From Clostridia bacterium (lineage in GTDB: Bacteria > Bacillota > Clostridia > Christensenellales > DTU072): 64,000 nt of DNA. The DNA is taken from positions 1,618-65,617 of the forward strand of contig JBAXZI010000003.1 in assembly GCA_041670385.1 (NCBI GenBank), read 5' to 3'. The notes beneath the pieces were generated by a model that saw only the letters and a program-made list of their open reading frames with translations, was not told the DNA's origin and did no database searches. Below are positions 30,483 through 39,026 of this stretch, in pieces; within the stretch, counting starts at the first letter, position 1; every line of letters begins with the position of its first letter. The position numbers and the translations under genes are program-made.

Positions 30483-31007
30483 TTATTTATTCTGCAAATA
30501 AAATGCTACTGCATTTACGCAATCAAGAACTGCATTTGAAGTAATTGTTGCACCACTTACTACTACTATATCATTATCACTTGATGGCACTCCACCACTA
30601 ACTAATAATTTTTTTGTCAAGTCAATATTTTTATATTGATTCAAATAGCTATCCTTAAATACTCTGTCTGCGTGGTCTTCACTTTCTTGATGACTTATTA
30701 CGGCTATATTAATAACCATATTATTTTCTATCAAAATTGCCATTTCTACATTGCCGTTTCTACCATTTTTTGACACCACATCAAAAACTTGTTTACCACT
30801 AGTAGTATTTTCATAAATAACAATAATTGACGCATCAGCAAAAGCTGTTTTTTCTTTTGTGGTTACATCAATACTTTTATATCCACTTGAATCACTGTCT
30901 ACTTTACTAACTATATTTTCCAAATTACTATTACTACAAGAACATAACATAAATAAACTAACAATGATAATTGCATAAGTTATTAACCTTCTATTTATTT
31001 TACTCAT
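30483..31007 (-). CDS. Extracytoplasmic FMN-binding-domain lipoprotein
   Basis: MSKINRRLITYAIIIVSLFMLCSCS (lipobox) and a C-terminal D..VVSGATITSNAV flavinylation-type motif. The track ORF extends to an upstream GTG at 31073, so the start is chosen by signal-peptide logic. Confidence 0.75.
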   Translation of the reverse strand: MSKINRRLITYAIIIVSLFMLCSCSNSNLENIVSKVDSDSSGYKSIDVTTKEKTAFADASIIVIYENTTSGKQVFDVVSKNGRNGNVEMAILIENNMVINIAVISHQESEDHADRVFKDSYLNQYKNIDLTKKLLVSGGVPSSDNDIVVVSGATITSNAVLDCVNAVAFYLQNK

Positions 31008-31029
31008 TTTATCCCCTTTTTTAATACTA

Positions 31030-31866
31030 TTATTGTAAGTCTTTTTTATTATAAATAAACCAACTACCAACACTTAAAGCGATAGTAAGCGAAATAAAGA
31101 TGATGAAAGCCACAATTGGATATTTCCCTACTCCGATACCCCAAGTAGACATAATCACATCATTTACTGACAATGAATGGATTGGACTTAACCATTTAAT
31201 AAATTGTAATTTATCTCCGCCTAATTCACCTAAATAACCCATAATATAGGTAAATAACATACCGCCTACTGCTATTCCGGTTGTATTTTTATTCTTCTTT
31301 ACCAAACTAGCTATCAAAAATCCAGCCGATGCAAAAAATAAAATAGCTACAAGTGATACCAAATAACCCATAAATATTGCATTTGCATTAATAGTATCAC
31401 TAGCTACTATTGCACCACTAATAAGTGACGCTATAAGTGCACACAAACTTATTGCTAATAATCTTGTAAATACAACGGCTACCTTTGCTATATATATATC
31501 TAATCTAGATATGTTGTTTGCATACAAAAATTCAATAGTGCCGCTTGTTTCTTCGTTATGAAAAGTACTTGCACCTAAAGCTATTGCATAACCGCAAAGA
31601 ACGGTTACTACAAGTTGATAAATCATAGCAAAATATAAATTATAATTCGTCATATCCATCATACCTTCCATACCAAACATTGCAAGCAATCCTTCAGGCA
31701 TCGCCGACATTTTGTCCATAGCAAGGTCTTTTACTACTGGAAAAAGTAACATATAAAGTAGTATTATTGCCGTAATTGCTCCACACCAAGTTAAAATAGT
31801 CCGTAATTTGGTTTTTAATTCTGTAGTATAGATAGTTAATACCTTTTTTATATTGATTTTATTCAT
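31030..31866 (-). CDS. ABC-2 type transporter permease
   Basis: 278 aa, about 6 TM, overlaps the upstream ATPase gene by 4 nt. Confidence 0.8.
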   Translation of the reverse strand: MNKINIKKVLTIYTTELKTKLRTILTWCGAITAIILLYMLLFPVVKDLAMDKMSAMPEGLLAMFGMEGMMDMTNYNLYFAMIYQLVVTVLCGYAIALGASTFHNEETSGTIEFLYANNISRLDIYIAKVAVVFTRLLAISLCALIASLISGAIVASDTINANAIFMGYLVSLVAILFFASAGFLIASLVKKNKNTTGIAVGGMLFTYIMGYLGELGGDKLQFIKWLSPIHSLSVNDVIMSTWGIGVGKYPIVAFIIFISLTIALSVGSWFIYNKKDLQ

Positions 31867-32696
31867 TTTTTATCACCAGTCCCATAATACTCCATAAATT
31901 TTTCTTCCAAGGAGGTGTGCTTTATTTCAAGTGAAGTAAGGTGTTTTGCCTGCAATTGTTTTACTAATAAATTAATATCACCATCATAAACATATTCTTT
32001 TGTTTCATCTTTAGTTGTATATTTCACAGTCAAACTTCGCTCTTTATTAATAGTAGCCATATCATTTTCTAAAACTATTTTGCCATCTTTAATAATACAA
32101 ACTCTATCGCAATATTTTTCTACCTCACTAAGATTATGACTTGATAAAAATATACAAACGCCTTTTTTCTTTTCTTCTAGTAGTAATTCAAATAATTTCT
32201 CTTGCATAAGAGGGTCAAGCCCGCTAGTTGGTTCATCTAAAATTATTACCTTAGCATCTCTAATAAGTGCTTGCACAATACTAACTTTTTTACGGTTGCC
32301 AAAACTTAATTCTTTTATTAATCTCTTAGTGTCAAGTTCAAAGTATTTGCATAATTCATCTGCTTTTTCTTTGCTTGCTTTAGGGTTTAACTTAATTGAA
32401 TAATCGAGCAAATCTTTTACTTTCATTTCTGAATAGTAAAAAACTTCACTAGGCACATAACAGCAATTTTCTTTAATTTTTTTACTATCTTTACCACAAT
32501 CATAACCTAAAATTTTGCAACTTCCACTAGTAGGATAATTAAAATTTAGCAAAACTCGAATTGTAGTAGATTTACCTGCACCATTTTTGCCAATAAAACC
32601 ATAGATTTCGCCTCTATTAACTTTCAAACTTATATCGCTAACTCCACAATTTGGGCCATAAAATTTTGTAAGATTACTAATTTCTATTACTGCCAT
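31863..32696 (-). CDS. ABC transporter ATP-binding protein
   Basis: GKNGAGKST, LSFGNRKK, IILDEPTSGLD. Confidence 0.9.
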   Translation of the reverse strand: MAVIEISNLTKFYGPNCGVSDISLKVNRGEIYGFIGKNGAGKSTTIRVLLNFNYPTSGSCKILGYDCGKDSKKIKENCCYVPSEVFYYSEMKVKDLLDYSIKLNPKASKEKADELCKYFELDTKRLIKELSFGNRKKVSIVQALIRDAKVIILDEPTSGLDPLMQEKLFELLLEEKKKGVCIFLSSHNLSEVEKYCDRVCIIKDGKIVLENDMATINKERSLTVKYTTKDETKEYVYDGDINLLVKQLQAKHLTSLEIKHTSLEEKFMEYYGTGDKK

Positions 32697-32857
32697 AAAA
32701 ATATACTCCTATTTTTAATAATTATTGATATAATTATAACACTAATAATATATTTATACAATACTTGCAAATTTAGTAAAATTCAAATATTATAGATTGT
32801 TTTATTAAAATATTTATGTTAGTATAATATAAAATATATACAATAAGGAGAAAATCA

Positions 32858-33340
32858 ATGAAAAAGAAAAATCAAAATATTCCAAATTATGTTATTGAAG
32901 CCTTTTTTATTATAATTATAGGCATATTATTTATTGCCTTTAGAAGTTCATTGTTAAACGTCCTAATAACAATAATTGGCGTTTTATTTATAATTTATGG
33001 CGTATATAATATTTTTAATAAAAAAAGTAATATAGGTATTTTTCAATTGCTAGCAGGTATATTAATAATAGTATTTGGTTGGACAATTTTTGAATATGCA
33101 CTAATTGTTTTAGGTGTTATATTAATAGTTTATGGATTATATATCTTAGCATTAGAACTTAAAAAGTCAAACAAGAAAAAAGGAAAATTATCAGCTATTT
33201 TATATCCATTTTTATTAATAATAGTAGGAATTTTGCTAATCGTTTCCAACTTTGTATTAGTTGATACACTATTTATTGTACTAGGTGCTTTACTAATTAT
33301 AGATGGATTACTCGTACTACTAGGGAAAAAGAGAATCTAA
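32858..33340 (+). CDS. HdeD/DUF308-like membrane protein
   Basis: 160 aa with repeated G(V/I)L.I(I/V).G... TM hairpins. Confidence 0.6.
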   Translation: MKKKNQNIPNYVIEAFFIIIIGILFIAFRSSLLNVLITIIGVLFIIYGVYNIFNKKSNIGIFQLLAGILIIVFGWTIFEYALIVLGVILIVYGLYILALELKKSNKKKGKLSAILYPFLLIIVGILLIVSNFVLVDTLFIVLGALLIIDGLLVLLGKKRI

Positions 33341-34332
33341 TCAAGTTCGGCAAACAAAGTAATAATATCATTAAAGATGGTAATTTCATTATCATCTTTT
33401 TTTGTTATCATATTTATTGCATTTGCTATATCAAATTTTGTAAAAACGACTTTATTTAGTGCAAGTTCGAGCTTATCTATAAAATGTGTATTTAGAGAAT
33501 CTGTATAAACTTTTGCACTTGTAATAACGCCATCATTGATTTTTATACCAATACTAACTTCACCCCAATTGTACCTATTGCTAAATTCAGCATCAAAATT
33601 TGGGCTATCCCCATATATCCATTGCCAAGAAGAATATTTATCGTTCATTTTAGCAAATTTTTCGCATTCAGCATAAGAATTTTCATCTATAATTTTAGTA
33701 TTTTCTACTTTACCATATAGATTTTCAAAACTAATTTTTAGATTTTCTATTATTTTATCGATAGTTATTTCATCATTTAATGTTTTTAAATTAATAACTC
33801 TAGACCTAACAGAAGTTATGCCTTTGCTCATAATTTTTTGCTTAGAAGGTGTCAAAAATGTCGCTAATCTAGATAATTTTGCATCAACAAGCAAAGTACC
33901 GTGATGATAATAATTATTACCCGTATAATAAAAAGCATTACCCGAAAACTTTTTATCATTAATAGTAATGTCATTACGCCCGCTTACTACGGCTATAAGT
34001 CCAAACTCTAACAATGCGTTACTAATTACTTTAAGTTGTTTTTCTACACTATAATTATTGCGTTTAGTCAAAAAAGTAAAATTTAGATTGCCCATATCGT
34101 GAAAAACAGCACCACCGCCAGACAATCTACGAGCTAATTTCACATTTTCACTATTAATTTTTGCTATATCGCATTCTTTCCAAGGATTTTGATTATTCCC
34201 AATAACCACCGTATTATCATTTTGCCACAAATACATAATTGTTTGATTTTCGGCTATATTATCAAGCATATACTCTTCTAACGCCAAATTAAAATACGGA
34301 TTAATACTTTTTGATAATATGATATTGTTCAT
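33337..34332 (-). CDS. lplA: Lipoate--protein ligase A
   Basis: 331 aa. NPWKECD...KLARRLSGGGAVFHDMGNLNFTF closely parallels E. coli LplA (from memory). Own extended -10 promoter at 34375-34402. Confidence 0.88.
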   Translation of the reverse strand: MNNIILSKSINPYFNLALEEYMLDNIAENQTIMYLWQNDNTVVIGNNQNPWKECDIAKINSENVKLARRLSGGGAVFHDMGNLNFTFLTKRNNYSVEKQLKVISNALLEFGLIAVVSGRNDITINDKKFSGNAFYYTGNNYYHHGTLLVDAKLSRLATFLTPSKQKIMSKGITSVRSRVINLKTLNDEITIDKIIENLKISFENLYGKVENTKIIDENSYAECEKFAKMNDKYSSWQWIYGDSPNFDAEFSNRYNWGEVSIGIKINDGVITSAKVYTDSLNTHFIDKLELALNKVVFTKFDIANAINMITKKDDNEITIFNDIITLFAELD

Positions 34333-34374
34333 AAATTCTCCTCATTTCTACCTTTAATATAGTAATTTAGAATT

Positions 34375-34402
34375 ATTATATCATAAATTTAGCTGTCTTC
34401 AA
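34375..34402 (-). promoter_or_regulatory. Promoter of lplA (TTGAAG-16 nt-TGATATAAT)
   Basis: Read on the minus strand, downstream of the terminator of the preceding operon. Confidence 0.55.
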
Positions 34403-34433
34403 ACAAATTGACTTATAAAATTTCGTGATTAAT

Positions 34434-34466
34434 AAAAAAAGACACCTTAAGTTATAAGGTGTCTTT
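34434..34466 (-). terminator. Rho-independent terminator ending the nuoE/F-like operon
   Basis: Minus strand reads AAAGACACCTTA-taact-TAAGGTGTCTTT followed by T7. Confidence 0.8.
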
Positions 34467-34487
34467 ATAGTTATATAGTTTGTATTA

Positions 34488-35693
34488 TTAGTTACCTGGA
34501 TGGAAATCTTCTTTTTTGAAATCTTTACCGCTAAAGTGAATATATTTTTCACTTAAAGCACCGGTAGGACATACATTTGTACACGCCATACAAGTAGCAC
34601 AATCACTTTGATTCATTTTTGTATTAAGACCAGCTGCTATCATAGTTTTAGAGCCACGATTAACAAACCCGATGTTACACATTCCCGCAACTTCTTCACA
34701 AGCTCGTACACAACGCCCGCAAAGAATACACTTATTCGGGTCAATCCTAATTACTGGACTAGAATCATCAATGTCATAAACAACATCATTTTTTTCATAA
34801 CGAGAACTATCCACATTCAAATCTTCAAACATTTGTAGATATTCGTTAGTACCGAAAGGAATAGTCGTTGGATAAGTATCATAATTCCTAGAAGACTTGA
34901 TTAATTCTAAAATAACTTTTCTATTATGGTCAAGTTCTTCATCTTTACTAACTATTTCCATACCCTCTTCTACACGAGTACAACAAGCAGGACTTAGGTC
35001 TCTTCTACCTTTTATCTTTACTAGACACAAACGGCAAGCACCAAATTCTGACAAATCTTTGTGATAACATATATGAGGTATTTCAATTCCATTTTCTTCG
35101 CAAACATCTAATAGATTGCGTCCTTTTTTAGCTACTACTTCATTACCATCAACAGTAAATTTTACCATATCGTTTTCTGAAATTTTAGCATCATTTTTAT
35201 CAAAGAAAGAATCATAAAGGTTTAATTTTTCAGCTAATTCATAAATATCATAACCTTCATCATTTTTTGCCAATTTAGTATTTTCAAAAGGGTGTGTAAG
35301 CACTACACCTCTATCCATAGTAAGATTTCCTATTCCAACTGTTTTTGTAATTTGGATAACTTTTTTATCTTCAAAAACCATTTGCATAGCTTCTAAACCA
35401 TCTTCACAAATCAAAGGGATAATAACTGTTGCTTCATCATAATAATCTTTCTTTTTTATATCATTTTTATGTTCTTTTAATAATTTTACATTACAACCAA
35501 TACTAATAAGGTCCTTTCCTATTACATTATAGCCATCAGACTCAAGCATATCAGCAAGTAAATTTATATTTGCTTTGCCACCTACTCCACAAGCCTTAAT
35601 ACAAGTATCACAACTATTAATAACGATTTTATCTTCTTTAGTTAGTTGGTTTTTTAATTCTTCATAGTTTATTGAACGAAGTGATATTATCAT
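34488..35693 (-). CDS. Fe-S protein: N-terminal unassigned Cys-bearing domain (paralogous to the upstream 161-aa protein) + NuoG/HydA-N-type [2Fe-2S] + 2x[4Fe-4S] ferredoxin domain, with no H-cluster or molybdopterin catalytic domain
   Basis: FTVDGNEVVAKKGRNLLDVCEENGIEIPHICYH...GACRLCLVKIKG...PACCT ([2Fe-2S]). CILCGRCVRACEE and CATCMACTNVCPTGAL (two 4Fe-4S). Residues 1 to about 185 align with ORF 35690..36175. Confidence 0.75.
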   Translation of the reverse strand: MIISLRSINYEELKNQLTKEDKIVINSCDTCIKACGVGGKANINLLADMLESDGYNVIGKDLISIGCNVKLLKEHKNDIKKKDYYDEATVIIPLICEDGLEAMQMVFEDKKVIQITKTVGIGNLTMDRGVVLTHPFENTKLAKNDEGYDIYELAEKLNLYDSFFDKNDAKISENDMVKFTVDGNEVVAKKGRNLLDVCEENGIEIPHICYHKDLSEFGACRLCLVKIKGRRDLSPACCTRVEEGMEIVSKDEELDHNRKVILELIKSSRNYDTYPTTIPFGTNEYLQMFEDLNVDSSRYEKNDVVYDIDDSSPVIRIDPNKCILCGRCVRACEEVAGMCNIGFVNRGSKTMIAAGLNTKMNQSDCATCMACTNVCPTGALSEKYIHFSGKDFKKEDFHPGN

Positions 35694-36175
35694 TTGTCCA
35701 CCTCCATATTTGTAAGTGTATCGTTTGTATCTCTTTTCGCACCTGTATAAAAATCATATTCGTTATTAACTTCGTTTTTATAATCAGCGTAAGGCATACT
35801 AACTTTTATTATTTCTTTTTTGCTATCAGTTACCATAAGACCAATATCATCAATGGATTCAACTAATTTGCAAGTAGGAAAATATCTCTTCATATTTGAA
35901 GAACCAGCACTACAAGCAAGTGAAACGATTGTATTTACTTTACTATCCACATCAGCAAAATAAGTTTTTGGTGTACAAGTAGATGGAATCATAAAACCTT
36001 CAACTACATTGTATCCGTCTTTTTTTAGCTGTTTTGCAAGCGAAACTAATTTAGCCTCTCCGCCACTACCAGCTGTTCTAACACAAGTTTCACAACCAAT
36101 TATAGCAATTGCATCATTATCTTTATCAAGTTTAGAAGTTATATCTTCATATTTTTTTGATTTAGTAAATATCAT
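35690..36175 (-). CDS. Unassigned Cys-bearing Rossmann-like protein (CxxC...C...C), paralogous to the N-terminus of the downstream gene
   Basis: 161 aa, AIAIIGCETCVRTAGSGGEAKLVSLAKQLKKDGYNVV. Translationally coupled on both sides (1-nt and 4-nt overlaps). Confidence 0.6.
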   Translation of the reverse strand: MIFTKSKKYEDITSKLDKDNDAIAIIGCETCVRTAGSGGEAKLVSLAKQLKKDGYNVVEGFMIPSTCTPKTYFADVDSKVNTIVSLACSAGSSNMKRYFPTCKLVESIDDIGLMVTDSKKEIIKVSMPYADYKNEVNNEYDFYTGAKRDTNDTLTNMEVDK

Positions 36176-37896
36176 TATTTCACCTCACTATTTTTAGCAA
36201 CAGCTTCTTCATATTCATTTCTAAAATATCTTAATGTAGAAAGAACAGGATTTGGTGAAGTTTTGCATAATGCACAAAGTGCTGTTTGTTGAACTACTTT
36301 TGCAAGTTCTTCAAGTTTTGCAATATCATCTAATGTACCGTCACCGTTATTAATTTTATTTAGCATATTAAGCATTTGACGAGTACCTTCTCTACCAGGA
36401 ATACATTTGCCACAAGCTTCTTCCTTACAAAATTCCATAAAAAATCTAGCAATATCAACAGCTGACTTTTCATCACACATAACAATAAGTCCACCACTAC
36501 CCATAATTGCACCGTATTCTTGCAAGGTTTGATAATCTATTTTTACATCAAGATGTTGTGCAGGAATACAACCACCCGAAGGCCCACCTAATTGAGCTGC
36601 CTTAAATTTTTTACCTTTTGTAATTCCGCCACCAACATCATAAATTATTGTTTCTAATTTAGTACCCATAGCGATTTCTACACAACCTACATTTACGATA
36701 TCGCCTGTTATACTAAATACTTTTGTTCCACCACTAGCCTCTGTCCCGATATTAGCGAACCATTCTGCACCTTTTAATAAAATAGGAGCAACATTAGCTA
36801 AAGTTTCTACATTATTAAGAGTTGTTGGTTTTTCCCATAATCCTTGATGAGCAGGGAATGGAGGTCTAGGACGAGGATTTCCTCTTTTACCTTCTAAGCT
36901 ACGCATTAATGCAGTTTCTTCACCGCAAACAAACGCACCCGCACCTTGATATACTTCTACATCAAAATCAAATCCAGTCCCTAATATATCGACACCTAAT
37001 ATACCATATTTTCTAGCTGCCTTAATTGCTTTGTTTAATGTTTCTACAGCTAGTGGATATTCTGCTCTACAATATATATATCCACTATGAGCACCAATAG
37101 CCTTAGCTGCAACAATAAGTCCTTCCAATATACTATGAGGGTCACTTTCCAAAACACTTCTATCCATATAAGCACCTGGATCGCCTTCATCCGCATTGCA
37201 AAGTACATATTTAGTTTCGTTTGCTTCTTTAGATGCAAATTTCCATTTTAGACCAGTTGGGAAACCAGCACCACCACGACCACGAAGTTTACTATCCAAC
37301 ATTACTTGAATAATATCTTCACTTGACATTTCATTCAATGCTTTATAAGCGGCTTGATAACCACCTCTTGAAATATAGTCATCAATTTTATTAGGATCTA
37401 TTAGCCCTCTATTTCTCATTACTATTTGAGTTTGCAAACTAAAGTAAGGAATTTCTTCAATCCCTCGTACCTTTGTATCCAAAGTTTTTTGACCAGCTAC
37501 TTTACCGCCGTTTGCCTTTCTTTCTGCCAATTGATATTCCATACCTCTTGCAAAAGCATATTCGCTTACCATATTTTTGCCTACAATATGTTTATCAAAA
37601 ATCTCTTTAGTTTTACTTTCATCTACCTTACAATACATTACTGGTTCTTGTCCAGCAAGTTTTACTGTTACTAACGGTTCTTCCGAACAAATACCAGCAC
37701 AACCAGTAGTTACTATTTTGATATCTCTCATCATATTAGCTTCTTTAATTAATGCTTTTAATTTTAACAAAACCTCATTCGCACCAGAAGCAATACCACA
37801 AGTTCCCATATGGACATATATGATATTTTGATTGTTTATATCTGCACCATTTATTTTTTCAGAAATAGCGTTTATATCTTCTATACTTTTAATCAT
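36175..37896 (-). CDS. NuoF/HydB-like NADH-binding FMN Fe-S flavoprotein
   Basis: N-terminal thioredoxin-like [2Fe-2S] (GTCGIASGA...GCAGICSEEP), GRGGAGFPTGLKW FMN/NADH motif, CGKCIPGREG N3-type cluster. No C-terminal 2x[4Fe-4S] ferredoxin extension. Confidence 0.88.
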   Translation of the reverse strand: MIKSIEDINAISEKINGADINNQNIIYVHMGTCGIASGANEVLLKLKALIKEANMMRDIKIVTTGCAGICSEEPLVTVKLAGQEPVMYCKVDESKTKEIFDKHIVGKNMVSEYAFARGMEYQLAERKANGGKVAGQKTLDTKVRGIEEIPYFSLQTQIVMRNRGLIDPNKIDDYISRGGYQAAYKALNEMSSEDIIQVMLDSKLRGRGGAGFPTGLKWKFASKEANETKYVLCNADEGDPGAYMDRSVLESDPHSILEGLIVAAKAIGAHSGYIYCRAEYPLAVETLNKAIKAARKYGILGVDILGTGFDFDVEVYQGAGAFVCGEETALMRSLEGKRGNPRPRPPFPAHQGLWEKPTTLNNVETLANVAPILLKGAEWFANIGTEASGGTKVFSITGDIVNVGCVEIAMGTKLETIIYDVGGGITKGKKFKAAQLGGPSGGCIPAQHLDVKIDYQTLQEYGAIMGSGGLIVMCDEKSAVDIARFFMEFCKEEACGKCIPGREGTRQMLNMLNKINNGDGTLDDIAKLEELAKVVQQTALCALCKTSPNPVLSTLRYFRNEYEEAVAKNSEVK

Positions 37897-37914
37897 TTAA
37901 TAACCTCCAAAAAT

Positions 37915-38397
37915 TTACTTGTATTGAACTAGTATATCTTCAATACTATCCACTGTAACTTTGCCATAAACTTTGCCATCAATAATAACAACGGGGGCAA
38001 GTCCACAAGCACCAAAGCAACGTGCATTTTCGTAAGTATATCTTTTATCAGGAGTGCTTTCACCTTTCTTGATATTTAATAAACTCTCAACTTTTTCCGC
38101 AATATCTTTGCCACCTTTTACATAGCAAGCAGTGCCCATACATACTTGGACTCTATGTCTTGCTTTTTGTTCCATAGAAAAGAACGAATAAAAAGTAATT
38201 ACACCATAAATTTTATTAGGTGCTATTCCTGTTTTCAGTGAAATCCTATATTGTACACTAAGCGGCAAATAGCCAAGTAAAATTTGTGCCTCTTCAAGTA
38301 AAGGTATAAGTCCACCAGGTTTTTTACCAAACTCATCGATAATCTTGTCTAATTCCAAAATTTGAGTTTCGTTAAATTGTTTTTGAATATCTTCCAC
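37915..38397 (-). CDS. NuoE/HydC-like thioredoxin-fold [2Fe-2S] protein
   Basis: CMGTACYVKGG...CFGACGLAPVV. Start set at GTG 38397 behind AAGGAG, giving 160 aa (the track ORF starts 21 codons upstream). Confidence 0.85.
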   Translation of the reverse strand: MEDIQKQFNETQILELDKIIDEFGKKPGGLIPLLEEAQILLGYLPLSVQYRISLKTGIAPNKIYGVITFYSFFSMEQKARHRVQVCMGTACYVKGGKDIAEKVESLLNIKKGESTPDKRYTYENARCFGACGLAPVVIIDGKVYGKVTVDSIEDILVQYK

Positions 38398-38478
38398 GTT
38401 TGTACTCCTTATATTAATTAGTTTTTTACGCGTTATATTATAACACATTAAATATAACAATTGACCATTAATTGATTT

Positions 38479-38522
38479 ATTTACTATAAATTTACTATAA
38501 ATTTACTATAAATTTATCATTA
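38479..38522. repeat. Three perfect plus one degenerate 11-bp direct repeats (ATTTACTATAA) in the divergent intergenic region
   Basis: Units at 38479-38489, 38490-38500 and 38501-38511 are identical. 38512-38522 reads ATTTATCATTA. Confidence 0.9.
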
Positions 38523-38595
38523 GGGGTTGTAGAAACAATTTTATGTGTTAAACTATAGGTATAATAAAATAAATACCATTGAGGAGGTTATTTTT

Positions 38596-38949
38596 ATGGA
38601 AAATCCAAGAGATATGCTTAACGCTTTTGTAGGCGGACTAGGAGAAATCGGACAAGAAAAAGAGGCTGAAGTTGGCGCTTTTATGAACTTGTTAGGAACA
38701 AATTACCAACCAGCAGCTATTGACACAAAAACTAAAGAATTAATTAGTGTTGGTATTGCTTGTTACAACAGATGTGTATATTGTATCGTTTATCATTGCT
38801 ACAAAGCACTTGAAGCAGGTTGCACAAGAGAAGAAATTTTAGATGCAGCTATGGTTAGTGTAGCTTTCGGCGGTGGTCCATCTATGGCTTATTCAGTAAC
38901 TTACTTAAAAGCTAGTTTAAATGAATTTGCAGACGATTTCAAAAAATAA
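38596..38949 (+). CDS. AhpD-like / carboxymuconolactone decarboxylase-family protein with CxxC..H motif
   Basis: 117 aa. TKTKELISVGIACYNRCVYCIVYH (C-x2-C-x3-H) and ...GCTREEILDAAMVSVAFGGG. Start at MENPRD behind GAGGAGG. Confidence 0.8.
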   Translation: MENPRDMLNAFVGGLGEIGQEKEAEVGAFMNLLGTNYQPAAIDTKTKELISVGIACYNRCVYCIVYHCYKALEAGCTREEILDAAMVSVAFGGGPSMAYSVTYLKASLNEFADDFKK

Positions 38950-38965
38950 TTTAATATAAAAAGCA

Positions 38966-38999
38966 AAGAGATACTTATCATAAGTATCTCTTTTTTTTG
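38966..38999 (+). terminator. Rho-independent terminator after the AhpD-like gene
   Basis: AGAGATACTTAT-c-ATAAGTATCTCT followed by T6. Confidence 0.8.
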
Positions 39000-39026
39000 A
39001 ATTAACAATTAATAAGGAGTACAATA

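Noticed and set aside
30955-31025. During hand translation of the FMN-binding lipoprotein gene I seemed to need a +1/-1 pair of frame adjustments near 30960 and 31020.
   Set aside because: The supplied ORF track reads straight through this region in one frame with a sensible signal peptide. The discrepancy sits in A and T homopolymer runs, so I attribute it to my own miscounting, not to a real frameshift.
34488-38397. Calling the NuoE/NuoF/NuoG-N-like operon an [FeFe]-hydrogenase (HydABC) or formate dehydrogenase.
   Set aside because: The largest Fe-S subunit ends after two ferredoxin-type clusters. No H-cluster domain or motifs, molybdopterin domain or hyd/fdh maturation genes are present in the operon or in the window.
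38479-38522. Tandem repeats considered as a possible CRISPR or minisatellite. Also the 8-bp ATTTTCTT x3 at 40091-40114 and the AT-rich repeats at about 39421-39450.
   Set aside because: Units are 8-11 bp with no spacers and no cas genes, so this is not CRISPR. The 40091 and 39421 tracts are short low-complexity AT runs at gene ends with no positional argument for function. Only the 38479 array is kept, as a regulatory candidate.
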